Below the pieces are notes generated by a model. The model ran no database searches. It had not been told where the DNA came from and was given only the letters and a program-made list of their open reading frames with translations. Source: Octopus vulgaris (Eukaryota). Taken from it: 64,000 nt of DNA. The position numbers and the translations under genes are program-made. The stretch lies in NCBI GenBank assembly GCA_951406725.2, contig OX597814.1, positions 205,716,001 through 205,780,000 on the forward strand, given 5' to 3'. Position 1 is the stretch's first letter; each line of letters begins with the position of its first letter. Shown one piece after another: positions 55,478 through 64,000 of the stretch.

Positions 55478-56451
55478 ATTTCGTTTTCTGTAAGAGAAAA
55501 ACAAGATAGATAGAAGTCATAAAATATTGAAGATTCATTTTAGTTTCGTTATTTTGTAAATATTTGAAATAAAGAGTATTTACTTAAAAATGAATGTAAA
55601 TCTATTTTATTATTTATTTACTAGAATGACAAATGTTGTGGCCAGCGGAGCAGAGGTCATATTGTATTTTGTACTTTGCAAGTTCCTATTTTAGTTGTAA
55701 TATTTCGTAATTTGAACTCGAATGAATTTTTGTGAATTTCCTGGCTGCAAGAAATAAGAGATTTTTCATGACTCAAATTTAGGAATGTAAATTATTGTAT
55801 CAAAATGTGTATAACTTGAGATGAATCTTACCCTGATCATATCTGAACTGAGACCGCACATGCAGGAATCTAGATAATGTGTGTAATTTAAAAGAAAGTT
55901 GTTTCTTATTGAGTAGAACAAGGCAGGCGGATGAACTCATAAATGCTACAAAGGTTTTATAAGCTCCATTTGCTGTCCATTTGCTTGACAGTTGTTTGAC
56001 CTTAACCAGTTGACCATGTCCCTTAGTGGCTGACGATATGTGCATCTCTGTTCAAAAGCAAAAGTAGTGGGGGAGCATCATAGCCATGTGTTGAGAGGGA
56101 TTCTTTGGAGTTTGACTAATTCACCTCTGGAAACATGCGTGTTTCGTTCAACATCCTTAAACACCCCTTATTCAGGGACCTTTTGAACTGGATGAGCTAC
56201 TCTACCAGAAGAAAATTCTTACTGGGTCCCACCTACAAGGTCATGTGCTGTTTATCTTAATATGAGATCACCATCTCGCACACATATGGTTGTGATGCAT
56301 GTGTCTAGTGTACCCTTATCAGACGGGTAGTCATGATGGGTATACTGGGCTTCGTATATTTTACCCCAGTTTCACTGATGGCTTTCACTGCTCTCTCACT
56401 CAATAATAACATTCTTCTTATCATCATCATCATAATCATCATCATCATCAT

Positions 56452-56489
<38 letters not shown>

Positions 56490-57795
56490 CATCGCACAAT
56501 ATACATTGTCGTGAGGTTGTTGACTGAAGATATCGTGTCTACCGGGGGTTTGTACTATTTGTCAAGTCACAACAAGAACCTCAGACAGACAGCATTTCAC
56601 GCAATAGGCATGCAGTTCCAGCTAATGCCGACTTTTGCAATACACCTAGATTGTAGGCTATTCCTAAAGTTTTCAGATATTTTTTTCAGATTGGGCCGAT
56701 ATTCAAACCAATGTTCCGATAACAATAAGAATAACCTAATATAAAAGAGACATTTATTGAATAACATTATCTGAAGTACTGATCTTCTCTTTCATATAAG
56801 TTCTTTCATTTAAGTAGCCATCTCGTATTTTTCTGGCTCATATTGGTTAGGAGGGCTAATACATATAATTAACAATTAACAGAGTTACTTGACCAGCACT
56901 TCAAATAACTAAGTGCAGAAAACCCCAAAAACTATAATTATAGTTCATACACATCCTTGTTTAGATAAAAAAATATAAAAAAATTTCTTATTCCTCTTTA
57001 CACCAGAGAGAGGAGAGAGGTTGCAGTATAATTTCAAAGTCTCTGTGAGTTTTACTGTGAGCAATACTTGATATTAATCGAGTGTGAAGCGTCGAGCTGG
57101 CGGAATCGTTTGCACGTCTGGTGAAATGTTTTGCGGCGTTTCATCTGTCTGTACGTCAGGAGTTCAAATTTGCCTTTCATCATTTCAAGGTCGATCAGTC
57201 AAGCACTGTGGTCGTTACAAACGAGTGACAGTGTCGCCCGAAGTTGCTGGCCTTGTGCCAAATTTTGAAACCGATATAATAATTACAATCACTTTTATTA
57301 CTGCTTCGCTGGTTTAGGATGTTTACCCAGACCGAACGTAAACAGCGTGACGACTTCCCTGTCAATTAAGCTGTAAGTTTTAATTTATGCATAAATTATG
57401 GCTGACAACTTTTCTATTTCTGCCTGTCTTTCTGTCTCTCTCTCCCTGTCCCCCTCTCTCCAGAAATCAGTGTTAATAGGGACAGCTAAGATACTTAGGA
57501 AAGTTCTCGGCATCTAAGCATATTAGGATTTTTTTCTTCTTTTCTTTTTCCTCCACGCTGATCTTCTGCAAAAATCCAGATAGATCTCGCGACCGACAAT
57601 ATATCCTTATGATCGGGAGCCGAATAAACTGACCACTAAGCCAAGCGCTTTCACACACACGCGCGCACACGAACATACGCACATACACACATAAACACAC
57701 ACAAACACACACAAACACACACAAACACACACACACGCACACACAAACACACACATACACAAACATAGTTTCGTAGATATTATAAATTTTAATAT

Positions 57796-57869
<74 letters not shown>

Positions 57870-58612
57870 TCTGTCTGTCTGTCTGTCTGTGTGTGTGTAT
57901 ATATATCACACACGCACGCACACTCACTCATACAAACAAACAAATATATTTTCGATAATATGTTTTTTTTAGTTTCATGTCAGAACTGCGGCCATGCTGA
58001 TGCGCCGCCGTTAAAATTATTAATTTTAATAATATTGTTTGTGTGTGTATATATAAATATATATTTCTGTTAGAGGTTGTGAAGCCAAACAACTAAGGGA
58101 TAGTGCCTTTTAGTCACCATCTGGTTCCTTACTCTCATTAGTACGCTTATATACCAAATTTTCCCATGGTGGGTTCACCATCATAGGCTGCTTATGCCAT
58201 TCCATCCGCAAATTCGAACCTACTAGCTGGCACTTTACATATGAACTTTCACCTCTGTAACACGGACGGTTCCTTCAAATCCACCACTTTATTTCTATGT
58301 AAACATAATGTGAATTTCTATGCAAACATAATGCGAACTAATGCCTAAATTCGCCCTTCCTAAAAACTCCTCCCAAGAACGACTATACTCATCTATCCAC
58401 CATTGGATGGAATAACATGGATCCTGGATTACACCAAGGGAAGTTCGTAGCTTATTTCCCCTTTCTGTACCTAATTCATTTCAATAAGTTGTCCTGCTCT
58501 CACAGTCTCATGTTTGCTCCTATTGTTTTTCTGATCTTTTCTATAATGACAAATACACTGCACCTATTGTTAATTGTTAATTATATGTATTAGCCCTCCT
58601 AATCACTTAGAC

Positions 58613-58735
58613 CCTCTGAAGCAGCCTAGAGGCACACTCATCATCCAAACCTTATCTGCCCATCCCTACAGAACACTGAAGAGATGGAGATGGCATGTAG
58701 GATTTCGTTGCCTCTTAGCAGAAACGGCCGTAAGG
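58613..58735 (+). ncRNA. Degenerate hammerhead motif
   Basis: CCU-CUGAAGC-AGCCUAGAGGCA...UGCCUCUUAGCA-GAAA-CGGCCG-UA-AGG; core A9 changed. Confidence 0.5.
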
Positions 58736-58928
58736 AACTGATCGTTTGCTCTTTCCTGTAATATTAATACATGAGTGTGTAACACATGGTAACTACATGT
58801 GTATGTTTTCTTCTAATACTTTCTAATGCTTTGGAATAAAGAGACACACTGGAACGTCTACCGGATGATGATTGCCGTTTGGTATCCACTCCATTTTCTT
58901 ATATGCTATATATATATATATATATATA

Positions 58929-59464
58929 CACACAAATTAGTAAATAAATGGCACAACTAAGTACCGATATTTACTGGAAATAGCGAACGTAAAAATACGA
59001 CGCTAATGTGTAGCTTCACCGCGTATGTATTAGCAAAATGCGTGTGTGCAACAAACTAGAGTAAAAAAAACGTCTCACCTCCAGGGAGAACATCTGAAAG
59101 ATGAAACACCCGGAAAAGGACAATGTGGGACCTGCAGGTTTCAGGTTTTACAAGATATGTCTCTCACCCATATTTTGTTTTACCTTCAACAGCCAAACAT
59201 ATACCAAGACGAAATCTACGATGTTACCACATTAATACTATCACACTCGACTGAAATGCGGAACGCTAACAGTACGAGAAACGGTGAAGAAGTTTCAAAA
59301 TATCAGTAATGCAATACAAAGTATCGCCTTCCAGTAAAAAGTAGCCCGTGAGGGATAAAATACACAAATTAGTAAATAAATGGCACAACTAAGTACCGAT
59401 ATTTACTGGAAATAGCGAACGTAAAAACACGACGCTAATGTGTAGCTTCACCGCGTATGTATTA
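58929..59464 (-). mobile_element. Retrozyme-like element: 432-nt unit with about 100-bp terminal direct repeat and internal hammerhead
   Basis: cacaaattagtaaataaatggcac...gtatgtattag at 58931 and 59363; abuts (TA)n. Confidence 0.75.
59126..59195 (-). ncRNA. Hammerhead motif with mutated core (CUGUUGA)
   Basis: UGG-CUGUUGA-AGGU...ACCU-GAAA-CCUGCAGG-UC-CCA; all three stems pair. Confidence 0.7.
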
Positions 59465-59581
59465 GTTCTGGGTTCGGTCCTACTACATGGCACCTTGGGC
59501 AAGTGTCTCCCACTGTAGCCTCGGATCGACCAAAGCCCTGAGAGTGGATTTGGTAGATGGGAACTGAAAGAATCCCGTCGC

Positions 59582-59613
<32 letters not shown>

Positions 59614-59832
59614 GCGTTTGTTGTTTGCGTCAGTGTTTGTCCCCCGTCCCCCTTCGCTTGGCAACCGTTGTTGGTGTATTTATGTCCCCAACACTTAGCA
59701 GTTCGGCAAAAACATTGGGATAGAATAAGTAGCAGGCGTGCAAAGAATAAGTCTTGTATCGATTTATTCGATTAAGGCTGGTGATCCAGCATTGCCGCAA
59801 TCAGATCAGTGAAACAAGTAAAAGAGTAAAAG
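59465..59832 (+). mobile_element. tRNA-derived SINE copy
   Basis: Homologous to 41660-42025. Confidence 0.7.
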
Positions 59833-59962
59833 AACATATATATATATATGTATATATATGCTACACACACACGCGCGTGCACAAAAACACACGGAGACAC
59901 ACACACATATTTTCCTAGTTATTAGTTATAATTTGAGTATTGTGTTTATATATCTATATCTA

Positions 59963-60004
<42 letters not shown>

Positions 60005-60072
60005 ACCTCGTGAATACCACCGGCGATTTTTTTCCCTCTGTCCTCCCGTCTCGGGATCTTTCCTTCTCCTAT

Positions 60073-60107
60073 GTTTCCGACGAAGAGCTCCGCACGAAAC
60101 GTCAAAC
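60073..60107 (+). ncRNA. Minimal hammerhead-like variant
   Basis: GUUU-CCGACGA-AGAGCUCCGCAC-GAAA-CG-UC-AAAC, inside a short (TA)n-flanked element (60001-60185). Confidence 0.45.
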
Positions 60108-60290
60108 CCTCCTTCTTCCCTTCTTTCCTGAGCGTCCAATAATACTTGCGTTGTTGTCTTTTTGTTTTCTTGTTTGGATTAACTTTATATATATATATAT
60201 ATATATATAAGTTGATAATAATAATATTAGGGAGTAAATCCAAACTTACAGGGAAAAATTAGATTTAGGATTAAATCCAATTTTATAGTA

Positions 60291-60352
<62 letters not shown>

Positions 60353-60439
60353 GGTATGTATGTATGTATGTATGTATTACGCACACATAGACAGACTGAC
60401 ACACACAAACAATCACATATATTTATTTTAATACTTTGG

Positions 60440-60499
<60 letters not shown>

Positions 60500-60586
60500 T
60501 TTATTGCCCACAAGGGGCTAAACATAGAGGGGGCAAACAAGGACAGACAAGTGGATTAAATCGATTACATCGACCCCATATATATT

Positions 60587-60882
60587 GGAGGCGCAATGGC
60601 CTAGTGGTTAGGGCAGCGGACTCGCGGTCGCAGGATCGCGGTTTCGATTCCCAGACCGGGCGTTGTGTGTGTTTATTGACCGAAAACACCTAAAAAGCTC
60701 CACGAGGCTCCAGCAGGGGGTGGCGATCCCTGCTGTACTCTTTCACCACTCTTTCTTCTGTTGGCCTGCTCGCTTAGCCAGCGGGGTGGCGTCATTCGAA
60801 GGCTAAAAACAATGCGAACGCATTGTGACCAGAGATGTGTAACAACATCTGATGGTCTGGTCGGTCACGTTTGATCACGTGA
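60587..60882 (+). mobile_element. tRNA-derived SINE (second family) inserted in (TA)n
   Basis: A box TGGCCTAGTGG and B-box-like GGTTTCGATTCC, followed by a GC-rich non-tRNA body. Confidence 0.75.
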
Positions 60883-61091
60883 TATATATATTATATTAAA
60901 TTAGAGATAAAACCACTATTAGGCAAATCATACAGTGAAAATCATAAACCAATACATAGAAATAAAATTAATTAATAAAAAATATATTAAATATAAAATT
61001 CAAAATTTAAAATATTTAAATTAAAGTTAAAATTTAAAAAATTTTTTAAAATAATAATTTATACTTATAAATTTTTAAATATATATATATA

Positions 61092-61170
<79 letters not shown>

Positions 61171-61286
61171 CATTATTATTATTATTATTATTATTTTTAT
61201 TTTTATTTATTTATTTTTCAATTTTTTATATTAAATATAACTATCAAAAAGTATTAAAAGTTCAATATAAGATAAAGAGTAAAACC

Positions 61287-61379
61287 ACAACGATCGTTTC
61301 ATGCCCATATACCAATTCGAATAACAACAATTTAAATTCAATTAATAATTCGAATTATGGTTATAGTCAATCTTCAGGT
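61287..61379 (-). ncRNA. Hammerhead motif, partly degenerate
   Basis: AC-CUGAAGA-UUGACUAUA...UAUGGGCAU-GAAA-CGAUCG-UU-GU; weak stem I. Confidence 0.6.
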
Positions 61380-62840
61380 TAATTATAATATTTAAATAAT
61401 AATCAGAAATATTTAAACAATATTATTTAAGCAATAAATAAAATAATAATTTTACTTATAAAAAACTATTATCAAACTAGAAACTTAACGATTATGATTA
61501 TGTCATACAATCAATTATAATGTTAAATATTAATTTTTAATTTTTAAGTATTAATTTTTAAGGTAAGAAACCCACAAATAATCTAATATCAGTTATAGTC
61601 AATATCTAATTACATAAATATTTACAAAAAAAACTATTCATATTATTAAATATATAATATTTGAATAATATATAAATTATCAATGAAAATATATAAATGT
61701 ATATAAATATCATAATTAATATCTAAAATTATCTCTATCAATAAATATATATGCACGTATAATAAATACCTAATTATTCATTATTATTAATAAACATATT
61801 AAAAGATTAAAGATGAAATAGCTAATTGTAAAAAACAAACAAACAATCTTAAACGAATGCTATAACAAGTTAACAATCTATATATCACGTTAGCTAACTA
61901 ATAACTTTCAAAAATCGTATAGTTAAAATATAATAATATAAAATACTTAATGAAATAGTCGATCCGTAGTTATATAGTATCAAATAAATACTACAAATAT
62001 ATTTATCAATGGGAAGAATATTACTACCATTATCGATTTAAAAAGACAATATATAAGTTAAACCAACAATTATAAGAAATTAAAATAACTATCAGCAAAT
62101 ATAGTATTTTAAGACTAAAAATAATGCTATCAATACATGTATATACATGAAACCTAACTTTAAACAACTCGTATAACTGTTATCGAACTATATATCTCTA
62201 TGGATAAGTAAAGTCTTAATAATAAACGCAAAGTTAATACCTAATAATTATATAGAAAAATTACGATAATTAGATCATTACATAAACATCAATATTTACA
62301 TAAAAAAAAACAATATTATACCATAAGACTTATAAAATATTTAAATTTTAAATTTTAAAAATCTTAAATATAAATATATACTTAGCTTAGCGAGGTTTTG
62401 TGATGAACTAAAATTTTAAATCGGAGAACGTCTTTTCAGCGTTTATAAGAAAACTCATGGAATTATGTTATTAGCAAAAAAAGAATTGTTGAAGAATTCA
62501 TTAAACGTGATAAACAAATACGCTTTATCAATGAAAATTGTGAATGGGAACAGTTATGGTTTATCAATAAATGTAAATAGAATGAAGTCACAAATAAAGA
62601 ATAGAATCACTCTATAATATAAGATTTATTATTAAAATAACTATGATAAATAATACTTAATACTAAATAAATTAAATAATTAAAAACCACTAATTATTAT
62701 GTATACTCCAAAAATTTATTATGATTAATAAATATATCAAAAAATTATAGTAACCCCTCGACGTACTATTAAATTCTTTCCCAAATTACTCTTTAATTAT
62801 AAGCTAAGACTCATGATCAATATATATATATATATATATA

Positions 62841-63361
62841 AATTATTAGAGAGTTATCCACTATGTGGACAACTCTAGTGCTAAAAATAGCTCCGAAGCA
62901 ACCACAGAAGATCAGTTTCCAACTAGAATCAACATACATTTAACGGAAGGAAAGTGAAATACAACGAATAAAATAGATTGACTCTATACAATTGTTTCAT
63001 TACTAATGTAATATGTAGTTTTACTTACACTTACATCTATAAGACAAACTCTACCGAAGATTTATAGATGTAAGTGTAAGTAAAACTACATATTACATTA
63101 GTAATGAAACAATTGTATAGAGTCAATCTATTTTATTCGTTGTATTTCACTTTCCTTCCGTTAAATGTATGTTGATTCTAGTTGGAAACTGATCTTCTGT
63201 GGTTGCTTCGAGCTATTTTTAGCACTAGAGTTGTCCACATAGTGGATAACTCTCTAATAATTTATGTATAAATTTGTATTTTCTCCGTAGTTTTTTGTGC
63301 TAAGCCACTTGGTGTTAAATTAATGGTATTATTAAATTAATATCGATTTTTCACCCTCATT

Positions 63362-63370
<9 letters not shown>
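62841..63370. mobile_element. HHR element with inverted repeat (arms 62841-63042 and 63062-63262); related to 3013-3805
   Basis: Arms are near-perfect reverse complements; shares ccactatgtgg..actctag..ctaaaaatag and taagccacttggtgttaaat with 3013-3805; (TA)n on both sides. Confidence 0.88.
63048..63123 (+). ncRNA. Hammerhead motif with CCGAAGA core
   Basis: ACUCUA-CCGAAGA-UUUAUAGAUGUAA...UUACAUUAGUAAU-GAAA-CAAUUG-UA-UAGAGU; 6-bp stem I. Confidence 0.75.
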
Positions 63371-63403
<33 letters not shown>

Positions 63404-63434
63404 ATATAGATTTACGGAATGTAGTAGCACAGTA

Positions 63435-63822
63435 GCTATAGGTTGTGGTAAGTAGCTTGCTTCCCAACCACATGTTTCCGAGTTCAGTCCCATATGTTGC
63501 ACCTTGGGCAAGTGTCTTCCACTATAGCCTCGGGCTGACCAACGCCTTGTGAGTGGATTTGGTTGAGCGAAACTGTAAGAAGCCTGTCCTTTATGTGTGT
63601 GTGTGTTTGCGCGTGGGTGCATGTGTGGGGGGAGTTATAACCCCACCATCCCTTGACAACCGACGTTGGTGTGCTTATGTCTCCGTAACCTAGCGGTTCT
63701 GTAAAAGATATCGAAAGAATAAGTACCAGGCTTACAAAGAATAAGTTTTGGAGTTTTCGACTAAAAGCCGTGCTGCAGCATGGTCGCAGTCAATTATCTC
63801 AAACATATAAAAGAATAAAAGA
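63435..63822 (+). mobile_element. tRNA-derived SINE copy
   Basis: Homologous to 41611-42025. Confidence 0.72.
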
Positions 63823-63826
63823 ATAT

Positions 63827-63877
<51 letters not shown>

Positions 63878-63892
63878 TCCATATGTTTGTAT

Positions 63893-63939
<47 letters not shown>

Positions 63940-64000
63940 TTACTGCAATTAAAACAATGGCTGGTTTTTTGGTGTGACCTGAAATAAAGATAAGATTGTC

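Noticed and set aside
60587-60662. Possible tRNA gene
   Set aside because: Cloverleaf is imperfect and runs into a non-tRNA body without a poly-T terminator; better explained as a SINE head

Overview
AT-rich, microsatellite-dense eukaryotic DNA. The repeat spectrum resembles a coleoid cephalopod such as Octopus; this is an inference. The window is almost entirely transposon-derived: a near-intact Penelope-like element (RT plus C-terminal GIY-YIG), several R4/Dong-type REL-endonuclease LINEs, an APE-type (CR1/L2-like) LINE, piggyBac, mariner, Gypsy and Helitron-like remnants, and tRNA-derived SINEs. The only host-like genes are two paralogous single-coding-exon orphan multi-pass membrane protein genes about 35 kb apart, each apparently carrying one frameshift. 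The main hidden signal is about a dozen hammerhead-ribozyme (HHR) motifs (CUGANGA...GAAA-palindromic stem III-UH) found by eye on both strands. One lies 3' of the Penelope ORF. The others lie in short non-coding elements next to (TA)n tracts that occur as partial tandem units (about 430-500 nt) or long inverted repeats. Together they suggest a Penelope-driven retrozyme-like system with recurrent non-canonical catalytic cores. All structures were paired manually; no folding, alignment or database searches were run.
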